Shown in pieces: positions 46,672 through 56,364 of a DNA stretch of 64,000 nucleotides (its first letter is position 1; every line of letters starts with the position of its first letter). This DNA comes from Escherichia phage ETEC-TG: the sequence record OR786310.1; one strand, given 5' to 3'. Below the pieces are notes generated by a model. The model worked only from the letters and a program-made list of their open reading frames with translations, was not told the DNA's origin and made no database searches. A program made the translations under genes and the position numbers.

Positions 46672-47122
46672 TTGCCGTTTTGGTCCATAATCTTTGATTA
46701 TCTGACCCTCTGAAAGGTTTTGTAGTTGGATTGTTTATTTCATACTTTCCGTCTACAATGATGTCAACAAGATTTTTAATATACAAAGGCACTTCCTCAA
46801 AAGTATATCCTGTATACACCATTATATCTTTGCTTGACCCATAAACGTCTCTAACCTTTTCTATAAGGTTTTTAACATTGTAAATATTCTGCGGATCTAA
46901 TGGTTCTCCTCCTAAAATTGTTAAACCTTTTACAAACGGTCTTGACAAATCTTTTAAAACTTGCTCTACATTTTCGTGAGTAAACGGTTTCCCATAAGAA
47001 TAAGACCAGGCTTTTTGGTTAAAACAGCCACGACAACCGTGGCTACAACCACTAACCCAGAGGGAGCACCTAACTCCCTCGCCATTAATAAGATCTACAG
47101 GTTCATATCCTGCAAAATTCAA
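46652..47122 (-). CDS. nrdG: Anaerobic ribonucleotide reductase activating protein (radical SAM)
   Basis: 156 aa; CSHGCRGC (CX3CX2C) cluster; ATGA overlap with nrdD. Confidence 0.7.
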   Translation of the reverse strand: MNFAGYEPVDLINGEGVRCSLWVSGCSHGCRGCFNQKAWSYSYGKPFTHENVEQVLKDLSRPFVKGLTILGGEPLDPQNIYNVKNLIEKVRDVYGSSKDIMVYTGYTFEEVPLYIKNLVDIIVDGKYEINNPTTKPFRGSDNQRLWTKTASGWQSD

Positions 47123-48933
47123 AGATGTTTCTCCCTTTGCAAAACTTCCTGCATTTTACCTTTGTTGTAAGGGCGTGAATTAGGGGCAGAAAGATACCCT
47201 GACACACGCCTAACTACAGAAATAGTTTCTTCTTCATGGTTGCCACAATCAGGACACTCAAACCCTTTAGCCGTTGCCTTAAATTCTCCATGAAAACCAC
47301 ACTTAAAACATTGATCCACGGGCTGATTAATACCAAAATAGTGAATATGTTCATAAGCGTAGTCTACTAAAGTCTCCAAAGCTTCTAAGTTATTCTTTAA
47401 GTTTGGTGTTTCGATATAACTTATGTTACCACCATTGCTAATCTGTGCAAAACCTGCTTCATAATCCCATTTTTCAAAAGGATTTGTTACCAACCATACA
47501 GGTTGGTGAAAAGAGTTGGTAAGATAATCTCTTTCTACCAAACCTGGGTATTTTTCATTTAAAGCTGTTGCAAACTTATAGCACAAGGATTCTGCTGGGG
47601 TTCCATAGAGACTAAACGCCAACTTAGATCGTTCTTTAAACACAGCACACACATCTTTCATATGTTGCAGAATGCTTTTACCAAGTTCCTTTTTATCTTT
47701 TTCTTCTGGATAAAGGATTTCCAAAGCTTCGGCAAGACCTACATAACCAATACTAATAGAAGCATAACCACCTTCAAACAAAACACCAATTTCATCATTG
47801 GCATTTAAACGCGCTAAAGCCCCTTCCATGAAAAGAATAGGGTTTTCAGATGCTTTGGTATGTCTAATACGGTTTACACGTAACATGTGAGCATCGTAAG
47901 CTATCTCCATATGTTTATTAAGGAGGTCGGTGAAAGATTCTCCTTTACTTCTCGCTTCCGCAGCAATCAGAGGCAAGTTGATAGAAACTACTCCAAGGTT
48001 GAATCGTCCATCATATTTTTCTCCTTGTTCGGTGGCATAGTACGACAAAAAGGAACGACAACCCATACTCGTAACAGTACCATCTGCTGATCCCGTAACT
48101 TCTTTGTTCAAAGGAACAGAAATAAAATCTGGATAAATACGATCAGCACAACATGCCAAAGCTTGTTGTTTAAGGTCATAGTTAGGATCACTAGGTTTCA
48201 TGTTAACACCTTCTTGTAAAAAGAAAATAACTTTAGGGAATACAGGTGTTACATGATCTTTGCCTAGACCGTTACTATGCACTTTAAGATAGTTAGCTGT
48301 GATCATTCTGCCAAAAACAGAGGTATCCAGACCCATGCTGATTGTAATAAAAGGAGATTGTCCATTTACACTCATTAAAGTATTAACCTGATACAAGAGA
48401 GTTTGCATAGCATCATATACATCTTGTTCGGTCATTTCTAGTGCTTCTTTCCTTGCATAACAACCGTAGCGACGTTTGGTTATCTCCATGTTTTTAAGGA
48501 AACTAGCTTCAACATAAGGACTAAGACCTTTATCAATGTGCGCACACGTCTGACCTCCATACTGACTGGAGGCAACAGCTTGGATGATTTGAGTTAGCAC
48601 TGTGGTAGCTACCCCAACAGATTTTGGTTTTTCTATCTGTGCGGCTCCGATCTTAAAGCCATTCTCTAACATATCTTGATAATTAACAAGACAACAGTTT
48701 GTAAGAGGAGAGAGTAGATAATCTAAGTCGTGAATATGTCCAAAACCTTCTGTATGCCATTCTGACAAGTTTTTTGGCAGTATCTGTGTCATTGCCATAT
48801 GTTTGCTTAAAATCCCCGCCAAGAGATCCCTGTGCGTGTTAACGAGGTGGGAAGGTTTGTTTGCATTCTCTCTAGTGTATGTTTCTGAAGTGCGATCTAA
48901 AAAAGAAAAAACATCTTGGTACAAATCTTTCAT
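47119..48933 (-). CDS. nrdD: Anaerobic ribonucleoside-triphosphate reductase
   Basis: 604 aa; C-terminal zinc ribbon CFKCG ... CPDCG followed by glycyl-radical motif RRVSGYL. Confidence 0.8.
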   Translation of the reverse strand: MKDLYQDVFSFLDRTSETYTRENANKPSHLVNTHRDLLAGILSKHMAMTQILPKNLSEWHTEGFGHIHDLDYLLSPLTNCCLVNYQDMLENGFKIGAAQIEKPKSVGVATTVLTQIIQAVASSQYGGQTCAHIDKGLSPYVEASFLKNMEITKRRYGCYARKEALEMTEQDVYDAMQTLLYQVNTLMSVNGQSPFITISMGLDTSVFGRMITANYLKVHSNGLGKDHVTPVFPKVIFFLQEGVNMKPSDPNYDLKQQALACCADRIYPDFISVPLNKEVTGSADGTVTSMGCRSFLSYYATEQGEKYDGRFNLGVVSINLPLIAAEARSKGESFTDLLNKHMEIAYDAHMLRVNRIRHTKASENPILFMEGALARLNANDEIGVLFEGGYASISIGYVGLAEALEILYPEEKDKKELGKSILQHMKDVCAVFKERSKLAFSLYGTPAESLCYKFATALNEKYPGLVERDYLTNSFHQPVWLVTNPFEKWDYEAGFAQISNGGNISYIETPNLKNNLEALETLVDYAYEHIHYFGINQPVDQCFKCGFHGEFKATAKGFECPDCGNHEEETISVVRRVSGYLSAPNSRPYNKGKMQEVLQREKHL

Positions 48934-48998
48934 TATTAATCCTTATTTTGTGAGTAGAACTATTATTCTACCTCTTCCAACCGAAAAAAGCTTTGAGG

Positions 48999-49028
48999 AA
49001 AATCAAAAAAGGCGCAAAGTGCGCCTTT
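48999..49028 (-). terminator. Rho-independent terminator upstream of nrdD
   Basis: AAAGGCGCA-AAGT-GCGCCTTT with U-tract on the minus-strand transcript. Confidence 0.55.
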
Positions 49029-49033
49029 AAGTT

Positions 49034-50380
49034 TTATCGTTTGGAGAGGAATTGTCTTCCCATGATCTTACCGTTCTTTACAGCGGTCCCATCGTGTCCA
49101 TTATAATCCCAAGTTCCATCAATGTTACGCAAGAAGCTATCACGAACAGTGTAGGCTTTACCGTTCTCTACTTTACTTTCTTCCACAATGATTGCCATAA
49201 CAAGCTTATTTTCAATTTCGGTAGTAACCGATTCTTTAATACCTTCTGTAACTTCACGATCATATTGGATATAAACTCGCTCCTCGGTCACTTGCACGTC
49301 TACCACATTTTTAAATGTGTATGTCTGCTGTGTAGTGTAAAGGACACGAACGACACTCTTCTTACCTACTGGAGGCTTCTGACGACGCTTGCGGTAACGG
49401 GGAGACGGGTTAAGTTTAATATAACCTACAATATCTGATCCATCTCCAGAGTGGCTCCAATAAAACGTCTCTGCCAAACCTTTTCCTTGGTCCCCATTTC
49501 GAAAAAGAACATTAACAGGACCATCACAAGGGCGTCTACCTCCGATGTGGGCTTGGTATTTTGCTGTTCTTGGGAGAACAAAATATTCTTCAATCTGCCA
49601 TTCACTGTCGTATTTCTCCCATTCGAAGTGGTTGGCTTTGCATACTTCTAAAACACCATTTTTGTAACGGACTTGAACAAAGTCCTCACAAGGTTGAATA
49701 CCTGTATTAGGAATATAGGTAGGCTCTGTGTCTTCTGGTTCAAAAGTCTCTTTTTGTTGTTCCACATCTTCCACTTTTCTTACATGCTTAGTATAAAACA
49801 TATCTTTAAACTCCTGTGCTTCAACCTCAACTGCAAATTCATGTTCTCTAACAGCCGGAGGCACAAGGCTTCCACACTCAAGATGTAGAGCATCCAGACC
49901 TGCCGTTTTATCGTAAAAGATAACTTTTCGATACTTCTTACCGTCTTCTGGAATAGCAGGATCTACTCGTTTAAGACGGGAAGCATCGCTTTTAGTCCAA
50001 AAACTCTTCCCTGTTGTATTATTGAAAGTAGTAATCATTTCTCCAATTTCTTCTTCAGAAAGGTTACTAGTGTCTGTGTAAACATCTTCAATTTTTAGCA
50101 TTTTAGTTTTCTTAAAAATTAAATCTAGCATTGCATCTCCTGTAAAACGTAGTTCATTATCTCCTACTGTCGGCTCTCCAGTAAATTCATCGGTCCCGAC
50201 TGTGTGACAGATGTATGGAAAATTTGTGCAACCGTGTAAAAGAGCATATTGTCCTGTAAGTTTAGGATCTGTCTCTTTAGTCCAACCATATGCAATCTCA
50301 ATAGCTTTGCAAAGCCTATCGAACAAGCCCCGATTGTTTGCCGCTGTTACCAAATCTTGCTTATGTGCATATACATTCAT
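49034..50380 (-). CDS. Hypothetical protein (448 aa)
   Basis: Long ORF, no recognisable motif by eye. Confidence 0.5.
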   Translation of the reverse strand: MNVYAHKQDLVTAANNRGLFDRLCKAIEIAYGWTKETDPKLTGQYALLHGCTNFPYICHTVGTDEFTGEPTVGDNELRFTGDAMLDLIFKKTKMLKIEDVYTDTSNLSEEEIGEMITTFNNTTGKSFWTKSDASRLKRVDPAIPEDGKKYRKVIFYDKTAGLDALHLECGSLVPPAVREHEFAVEVEAQEFKDMFYTKHVRKVEDVEQQKETFEPEDTEPTYIPNTGIQPCEDFVQVRYKNGVLEVCKANHFEWEKYDSEWQIEEYFVLPRTAKYQAHIGGRRPCDGPVNVLFRNGDQGKGLAETFYWSHSGDGSDIVGYIKLNPSPRYRKRRQKPPVGKKSVVRVLYTTQQTYTFKNVVDVQVTEERVYIQYDREVTEGIKESVTTEIENKLVMAIIVEESKVENGKAYTVRDSFLRNIDGTWDYNGHDGTAVKNGKIMGRQFLSKR

Positions 50381-50931
50381 AATAACCCTCCTCGTTTTAT
50401 TGCAATAGATGCCCTAGGCTCTGCGATACCAGTGGCGTATAAATATGGATGACCTTGTGGAGAAGTTCTCATCCCAAACGAACCTAATTCTAACCCATAC
50501 ATATCTTCCACGTCAAGACCAATATCTGTCTCTATGATTTGAGTTTGAACTTTGTAATACGTCCAAAAGAAATAGCGCATAGTTTCGGCATATTCTTTGA
50601 CGGACGCTCCTGGATAAAACTCAATAATTTCCAACTTTAAGAAAATGTTAAAATGAGCATCATCCAACTCTTCTTCTGTTCGGTAGCAAGGTGTTAGAGC
50701 CATATAAGGATGATCTGTTGAAAATTCAAACCCATCTTTCTCCATCTGGAGGAAAGACTGCTCTGCACTGGCTACGTAGAACTTACCATTAGGATGCCCC
50801 AAGGGGCGATCCTCTTTACCTTCTGGTAATGTATATGCAAGGATATCTGCATCTACAAGATAAGGGACTTCCAACATCTCCGCAAATCGCCCATAGTAAT
50901 CAATAGCTTGAGCAATAACAGCTACGTTCAT
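50377..50931 (-). CDS. Hypothetical protein
   Basis: 184 aa; ATGA overlap downstream. Confidence 0.45.
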   Translation of the reverse strand: MNVAVIAQAIDYYGRFAEMLEVPYLVDADILAYTLPEGKEDRPLGHPNGKFYVASAEQSFLQMEKDGFEFSTDHPYMALTPCYRTEEELDDAHFNIFLKLEIIEFYPGASVKEYAETMRYFFWTYYKVQTQIIETDIGLDVEDMYGLELGSFGMRTSPQGHPYLYATGIAEPRASIAIKRGGLL

Positions 50932-51179
50932 GATCTTCCTCCTGTGCGGAAAGCGCGTTTAGTAATGTTGGACATAATGATTAAGTCTTGTAAAGTCATA
51001 TCTGGGAACTGTTGTTCTAAAACTCCCTCAACAGCACCTATAATATCTGATAATTCAACAAGTTGCATTATTTTGCAATCCTGCTCGACAGCATCAAAAA
51101 GTTCTTCTACTTCCTCTTTAATCTTTTCTATGCTGCCATAAGGTTGTTTCTTAATGTCTGTTATGTGATACCCTGCCAT
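50928..51179 (-). CDS. Putative MazG-like nucleotide pyrophosphohydrolase (all-alpha NTP-PPase)
   Basis: 83 aa; EEVEELFDAVEQ ... ELSDIIGAVEGV resembles MazG/HisE-type helices. Confidence 0.35.
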   Translation of the reverse strand: MAGYHITDIKKQPYGSIEKIKEEVEELFDAVEQDCKIMQLVELSDIIGAVEGVLEQQFPDMTLQDLIIMSNITKRAFRTGGRS

Positions 51180-52772
51180 TTAACGATCCTCTCTGATTTG
51201 ATTAATCTTACGAGCAAGGGCAGCTATAAGCTTATCTTCTTCAGATACAGGAGCCGTGCTCTTACCTAAACGATGCATGTCTAAAATCTCTTGAACAGTC
51301 CGGTTCCATTGCAGACATTTAATACAACGTGTATGTGCAACATACAGAAGATTTCGTTCTGATTCTTCAAGACCTACCCACTCACCCTTCTTATCATAAT
51401 TGGAAGGGAAGTCATTTGCAACAATAACCTGATCCCACTCCAAACCTTTTGATTTGTGGGCTGTAGTTAAAGTAACTTTAGCCGTTGGAGAGTTACGGTG
51501 CATACGTAAAGTGTATGCAATATTATTAGCTTTACCAGAAACAACAATGTTTAAAAGTCGTTTTGCATCAGGATCTGATTCTGCACACTCTACAAATTCT
51601 TCCCAAGAAGTGTAAGGGAGAACTGTCTCATGCTTAACTTTGTCCAAATCACCTCTACGTAAAGCATTAACACTATCAACCATAGAAATGAAATCTTTGG
51701 TATCTACGTTAATAATAATCTCTTCTCCGTTAGCGATTCGGTCCATAGCTTCGAGCAACAGAGTCAAATTTTTACGGAAAATAATGGTGTAAGGTTTACT
51801 ATAATCTACCACATCAGAATGAAAACTTCCAGTGACAGTATCATAACCTTTGCCTACCAGCGGATGCTTCAGAGGTGAGCGATCAGAAAGGATCGCATTA
51901 GCAATGTCCGCAACTTTAGGACCAAAGCGAAAACAAGCTGTCAGAGGCAACTCAACCCCATATGTAGCCGTTTGCTTCATCATGTTCTGGCTTCCACGGA
52001 ACTGATAAATACTCTGAAATTCATCACCCACAACAACAATACGTTTAGCTGATTTAGCATTGCGAAGGATAGACAGGAATGCAGGGTTAACATCCTGGAA
52101 TTCATCTCCAAAAATAATATCGTATCCTAAGTCTTCTTTGCTCAATTCAAAGAGTTTCACATAGGTGTCATGAGTCATAATGGTTTCTGATTTAGGATCA
52201 ATACGCTCACGCCAAAGTTGCTTCGCATATTTAACAACTTCGTTAATAAGTTTTTGTTCGTTGATGTTCTTACGTTTAAGATCTGACATATGCACTTTAG
52301 GAAAATGTTTATGTCCGATATGTTCATCGTCAGAAAACTCATATTTAGCTAAAGTTTGTTTTACCATTAACCCGATCATTGCACGAGTCAGTAGCACTTT
52401 ACCATTCTTATCAATCAAGTTCTGAATCTTGAATTTTTTGGCAATCTCACTACCAGTTCCAGCTACGTTAACATATTGACCTTCTGGACGAGACAATTTG
52501 TGTCGAAGGTTTTGTGGAAGACGCTGGTAACAGATTGAATGTAGCGTTCGGCACATAACGTTAGGCGGCATTTTACGTCGAGCTTCCTCTGCCATACTCT
52601 TGTTAAAGGCCAAGTATAGAATACTATCATTTGTGCCATTAGCCAACATATACAGTGTTGACGTTTTACCTGATCCAGATTTAGCTTGAATTGTAACGAA
52701 ACGATTTTCTTTATACCCGCTTTCAATAGCGTATTGTTCCTCGGTAGGTGTAAAACTCAATTGTGTAGACAC
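51180..52772 (-). CDS. UvrD/Rep-family (SF1) DNA helicase
   Basis: 530 aa; Walker A QAKSGSGKTST; motif II GDEFQDVNP; motif V/VI TAHKSKGLEWDQVIV. Confidence 0.65.
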   Translation of the reverse strand: MSTQLSFTPTEEQYAIESGYKENRFVTIQAKSGSGKTSTLYMLANGTNDSILYLAFNKSMAEEARRKMPPNVMCRTLHSICYQRLPQNLRHKLSRPEGQYVNVAGTGSEIAKKFKIQNLIDKNGKVLLTRAMIGLMVKQTLAKYEFSDDEHIGHKHFPKVHMSDLKRKNINEQKLINEVVKYAKQLWRERIDPKSETIMTHDTYVKLFELSKEDLGYDIIFGDEFQDVNPAFLSILRNAKSAKRIVVVGDEFQSIYQFRGSQNMMKQTATYGVELPLTACFRFGPKVADIANAILSDRSPLKHPLVGKGYDTVTGSFHSDVVDYSKPYTIIFRKNLTLLLEAMDRIANGEEIIINVDTKDFISMVDSVNALRRGDLDKVKHETVLPYTSWEEFVECAESDPDAKRLLNIVVSGKANNIAYTLRMHRNSPTAKVTLTTAHKSKGLEWDQVIVANDFPSNYDKKGEWVGLEESERNLLYVAHTRCIKCLQWNRTVQEILDMHRLGKSTAPVSEEDKLIAALARKINQIREDR

Positions 52773-52786
52773 GTATTTCTCCTCTC

Positions 52787-53302
52787 TTAATAAAAACTCT
52801 TGACAATCCTCATCATTTCCTTAACTCTGCTGGCATAAGGTTCTTTTAGATTAGGTGGCAAATGTGCATTAATGTACCCCATTTGTTTTTCCCATGTCCA
52901 CTTATCTTTAAATCTTGGCATGGTGTCTCCTGCTAAACTGTTTTCTTTTCGTGTTTGAATAATCCAATTACATGGAAAATGCACACCACCTTTACGGAAG
53001 GGAATATAATGTCCCAATGTGAATGCCTTATTATTCTTTAAACGTCCAGCTAAATTAAGATTAACAATAAGACTACGAAACACGTAGTATTGATAAAGAT
53101 TGTCAACAGTATATACAGAGTAGTATGCTCTAAGTGCATTATCTCTACTAAGATTACCAACATCCAAACTGCACCAGTTTAAATTACTTGGATCGTAGTT
53201 GTGATTATCAATCCATTCTTCTCTTTCCTCAAATTCTGCATTAACAGCAGACTGCCCTGCTGTAGATACAAAAAGAGAATTTGCATCAAAGAACATACTC
53301 AC
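52787..53302 (-). CDS. Hypothetical protein
   Basis: 171 aa. Confidence 0.45.
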   Translation of the reverse strand: MSMFFDANSLFVSTAGQSAVNAEFEEREEWIDNHNYDPSNLNWCSLDVGNLSRDNALRAYYSVYTVDNLYQYYVFRSLIVNLNLAGRLKNNKAFTLGHYIPFRKGGVHFPCNWIIQTRKENSLAGDTMPRFKDKWTWEKQMGYINAHLPPNLKEPYASRVKEMMRIVKSFY

Positions 53303-53309
53303 TCCCCCT

Positions 53310-53720
53310 TTAGTTTACATCGTTTAGAGCATTACCAATCTTTAAGATAATAACATCATTAAGAGCGTCTTCTCCATTAAGGCCAGAGAAAGCAGGAGTA
53401 ACGAAAGTTACCATATAATAATGGTCTTCTTGTAGGATTGCGATAACGCCGTCTAGTTTAACATCTCCTGTGAAACGAAAAACTTTCAACTTTTGTTCTA
53501 AAGGAAGATCTCCTTCAACATTTAAAACCATATCTCCGACACCAAACTTTTCTGCCCCGATGTAGATGTAAGCTTGGTCCTCTTTTTTATGGTAATACAA
53601 TGTTGCTTGTTTGTCTTGTAGTGTTGTGATACCAAACACATCCACATCAATAATATTTTTCAAAAATTCTCCTCCCAAATCCAATAATTGTCTACATAAG
53701 TAGGATGCCTTTTGTCCCAC
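53310..53720 (-). CDS. Hypothetical protein (5' end uncertain; overlaps upstream gene)
   Basis: 136 aa ORF; 61-nt overlap with 53660-54028 suggests the true start is downstream. Confidence 0.35.
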   Translation of the reverse strand: MGQKASYLCRQLLDLGGEFLKNIIDVDVFGITTLQDKQATLYYHKKEDQAYIYIGAEKFGVGDMVLNVEGDLPLEQKLKVFRFTGDVKLDGVIAILQEDHYYMVTFVTPAFSGLNGEDALNDVIILKIGNALNDVN

Positions 53721-54028
53721 TCTTTTCTAGCCCAAGCTACGGCTGCTACCAATACATCTCCATGACAAGGTTGAGGTGAGCAGAAGCAAACTAAATCTTT
53801 CCCTTCTAACTCTAATAAATCTTCAAGAGTGATCTTACCACAACGAATTTGCTCCCACAACCACTCTTTATACCTTTGTATAGTTGATCCTCGTGGCTCA
53901 TCATCTTTTAACTTAAAAGGGTTTGCAAACTTAGAGGCTTTTAGTCCCATGTGTGGCATTGCTCTACCAATATAAACAGCACCTTCTGGGATTGTTTTGC
54001 CTAAATGGTAAAAGTTTAATACCTTCAT
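53660..54028 (-). CDS. Conserved phage protein with NPF ... CFCSPQPCHGD motif (DUF4326-like)
   Basis: 122 aa; YIGR ... NPF ... CFCSPQPCHGDVL pattern recalled as DUF4326-type; unverified. Confidence 0.4.
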   Translation of the reverse strand: MKVLNFYHLGKTIPEGAVYIGRAMPHMGLKASKFANPFKLKDDEPRGSTIQRYKEWLWEQIRCGKITLEDLLELEGKDLVCFCSPQPCHGDVLVAAVAWARKEWDKRHPTYVDNYWIWEENF

Positions 54029-54029
54029 A

Positions 54030-54392
54030 TTAACCTAAACACATACGTGCGATCAGACCCTGGATGAGTTTATCTGCTTCTTCCCGATCATAGTCGGTAT
54101 CTTCTATACCACCATCTTCGTCACGATAAACTTTACCTTCCAGGTACCCAGCATCGATCAAACCAATAATCAAATCGAACTGCCAGCAAGAGTTACCGAA
54201 AGGGCGTTTTCCACTGAAACTATCTTCTTCTTCCCAAAGCGTAGAGAGCAGTCGTCTGAAATATTCACGCACAGTAACAGTGCCAAGATCATCGTCTTCA
54301 AAAACAACATCTAAAGCATCTGGTTCAGCTTTCTCTACAACAGGCACATAACGTTGACCATTAATAACAACATCTACGATTGTTTCTCTCAT
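54030..54392 (-). CDS. Hypothetical acidic protein
   Basis: 120 aa. Confidence 0.4.
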   Translation of the reverse strand: MRETIVDVVINGQRYVPVVEKAEPDALDVVFEDDDLGTVTVREYFRRLLSTLWEEEDSFSGKRPFGNSCWQFDLIIGLIDAGYLEGKVYRDEDGGIEDTDYDREEADKLIQGLIARMCLG

Positions 54393-54751
54393 TTTTCCTC
54401 CTTTTTGTATTCAATGAACATATCTGCATAGTAAGCTTTACGTTCTTCAAATTTAGCAGGGTTTACCACAATGAACAACACCTTTCTGTTGTCTTGTGGT
54501 TCTTTGACTGTAATATATAACTCTTTTGTGCAATAGAAACCTGTGGCTTTGTAAGCGTCACCCCAATTATCCACTCCACGATCTATACGATCAAACTTGC
54601 AGTTATACTTTTTATCATCCACCTGGTAGACAGCTTCACCACCATACCAAGTGAAGAATTGGCTACCTTCCACCCCAATCTTGAAACCATCACGGGCGGC
54701 TGTAGCATTGGTGGCAATCATCAACATCAGGATACAAAGTAGCCTTTTCAT
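54389..54751 (-). CDS. Secreted protein (signal peptide)
   Basis: 120 aa; N-terminal MKRLLCILMLMIATNATAA. Confidence 0.45.
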   Translation of the reverse strand: MKRLLCILMLMIATNATAARDGFKIGVEGSQFFTWYGGEAVYQVDDKKYNCKFDRIDRGVDNWGDAYKATGFYCTKELYITVKEPQDNRKVLFIVVNPAKFEERKAYYADMFIEYKKEEK

Positions 54752-55057
54752 TTAGAATTCCTCTTCAGTCTTCTGTCGGTTTTTGAAGAATACTACGTCA
54801 TACACCTCTCCGTAACCATCATTTACACAGAACATAATAAAACGATCATCTTCTGCTGTTGGTGCGCGATGTTCAAGTTCAAAACTTTCAATAAAACCGC
54901 GTGAATTTACGTAGTAGATTTCATCCTCACCAGAGAACATCCAATCCCTGTCTATCAGATAGAAAGCTAAACTCACAGGCGACAACTCATCCTTCACAGA
55001 ATCATTGTACAGCATGTGGGCTGCAACTGCCAAACTTAAAGTCGTATTGTGCCGCAT
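54752..55057 (-). CDS. Hypothetical protein, tandem paralog 1
   Basis: 101 aa; LSLAVAAH ... RAPTAEDDRFIMFCVNDGYGEVYDVVFFK; paralog of upstream gene. Confidence 0.45.
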   Translation of the reverse strand: MRHNTTLSLAVAAHMLYNDSVKDELSPVSLAFYLIDRDWMFSGEDEIYYVNSRGFIESFELEHRAPTAEDDRFIMFCVNDGYGEVYDVVFFKNRQKTEEEF

Positions 55058-55365
55058 TACATCTCCTCGTCGGACTTCAAGGCTTTAGAGAATACTACAT
55101 TAAACGTTTCACCGCAACCATTATTAACATAATACATGATGTAATTGTCATCTTCGTCTACAGGCGCACGATACTCCAGTTCATAACTATACAAATTAGA
55201 ATTACTTGTGCAACCTTGTGGATACCAAAAGTAGAGTTCATCCCCAGATTCTACCCATTTAAGACCAGTCCGATCTTCAAACACTAATGTAGATGGGTTT
55301 TCTGAATCTTTTACAGCTTCTTCGTAATACTGATGCACCGTAACTGCTAATGATAATGTACTCAT
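55057..55365 (-). CDS. Hypothetical protein, tandem paralog 2
   Basis: LSLAVTVH ... RAPVDEDDNYIMYYVNNGCGETFNVVFSK; ATG at 55365 preferred over the GTG start at 55368 used by the ORF track. Confidence 0.45.
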   Translation of the reverse strand: MSTLSLAVTVHQYYEEAVKDSENPSTLVFEDRTGLKWVESGDELYFWYPQGCTSNSNLYSYELEYRAPVDEDDNYIMYYVNNGCGETFNVVFSKALKSDEEM

Positions 55366-55538
55366 CACGCCTCCAAATAGTGTTTACAAATGACAAAACG
55401 CCATGTTTGTTTATAATAGTCTCTTTTTTCAAGAGCCTCTTTGTAAGAGGGTATACGTTGCGACAGAAGCATCCATTCACAGTCTGCACCCATTCTTCCA
55501 TAAAGCGCGTAACGGATGTTACTTTGTTTATCTCCCAT
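55365..55538 (-). CDS. Small hypothetical protein (57 aa; not in ORF track)
   Basis: Hand-translated MGDKQSNIRYALYGRMGADCEWMLLSQRIPSYKEALEKRDYYKQTWRFVICKHYLEA; AAGGAGG RBS 5 nt upstream; stop overlaps next start. Confidence 0.4.
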   Translation of the reverse strand: MGDKQSNIRYALYGRMGADCEWMLLSQRIPSYKEALEKRDYYKQTWRFVICKHYLEA

Positions 55539-55581
55539 AAATGCCTCCTTAATCTTGTTTACAAGTATACCCTCTAATTAG

Positions 55582-55779
55582 TTACACTTTTTCCCAAGTA
55601 CCAAAAGCACAGGAAGGGTAGATTCCAACTTGAGGGTTTCCGTTATCATCTTTGAAAGTAAAACTGTTGTTGTCTTTATCAAGAACTGTAGAATAAATCT
55701 TACCAACAGTAACGCAGTTGGAAGCTTGACCCAGTTCAGTGAGAGTAAGACATTTCATTTTCTGTTTCTTTGTAGCCAT
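55582..55779 (-). CDS. Small hypothetical protein
   Basis: 65 aa. Confidence 0.35.
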   Translation of the reverse strand: MATKKQKMKCLTLTELGQASNCVTVGKIYSTVLDKDNNSFTFKDDNGNPQVGIYPSCAFGTWEKV

Positions 55780-55861
55780 TTATAAAATCTCCTTAGTAAG
55801 TGAATCTTTATTCTACACAAAGAGCTTTGCACATGTCAAGTAACTCTTTGTCAGATTAGTC

Positions 55862-56131
55862 TTAATGATTAATGATGTTGATGACAATCTTAGTTTCAAC
55901 CTTAGCCCAACAGTAATCTGCTTCATTAAAACGACTAGTCACAATGTATTCTCCTGCACGAGAACCTGTTAAGCACACTGCACCTGTATCTGTAGCTAAG
56001 TAGTAGTCCCGTTCTTGTTCACTTACTTCTGAATCGTAGTAGTAGAAAACAGACATAGGTTCAATTTCAGATAAACGGTATAACTTTGGAACAGGGGATT
56101 TCTCGATAAACTCAACAGAAGTTTTACTCAT
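55862..56131 (-). CDS. Hypothetical protein
   Basis: 89 aa; ATGA overlap. Confidence 0.4.
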   Translation of the reverse strand: MSKTSVEFIEKSPVPKLYRLSEIEPMSVFYYYDSEVSEQERDYYLATDTGAVCLTGSRAGEYIVTSRFNEADYCWAKVETKIVINIINH

Positions 56132-56364
56132 TTGTTTTCTCCTAGATCTAAACTAATTAAGAAGTCACGAAGGATGATCATTTGTTCTGTAGACAATGAT
56201 AATACACCTTCTCCATAAATATCACCAGACCATTCAGCAGTTAGATCTAGTGTACCAGTACCAGGAAACCAATCAACAGTGATCTGATTACCATTAGAGT
56301 CAGGTAGTATTTCACTGACTAACATAACACACTCTCCTATTATTGTTCTTGATCTTACGATCAT
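56128..56364 (-). CDS. Hypothetical protein
   Basis: 78 aa. Confidence 0.4.
   Translation of the reverse strand: MIVRSRTIIGECVMLVSEILPDSNGNQITVDWFPGTGTLDLTAEWSGDIYGEGVLSLSTEQMIILRDFLISLDLGENK

Noticed and set aside
49034-50380. Nicotinamide phosphoribosyltransferase or RNA ligase identity for the 448-aa protein
   Set aside because: No type-II PRTase or K-x-DG ligase motifs recognisable by eye; kept as hypothetical.
55277-55501. 74-aa minus-strand ORF from the track
   Set aside because: It overlaps the upstream paralog gene and is in a different frame from the RBS-supported 57-aa ORF 55365-55538; the latter is preferred.
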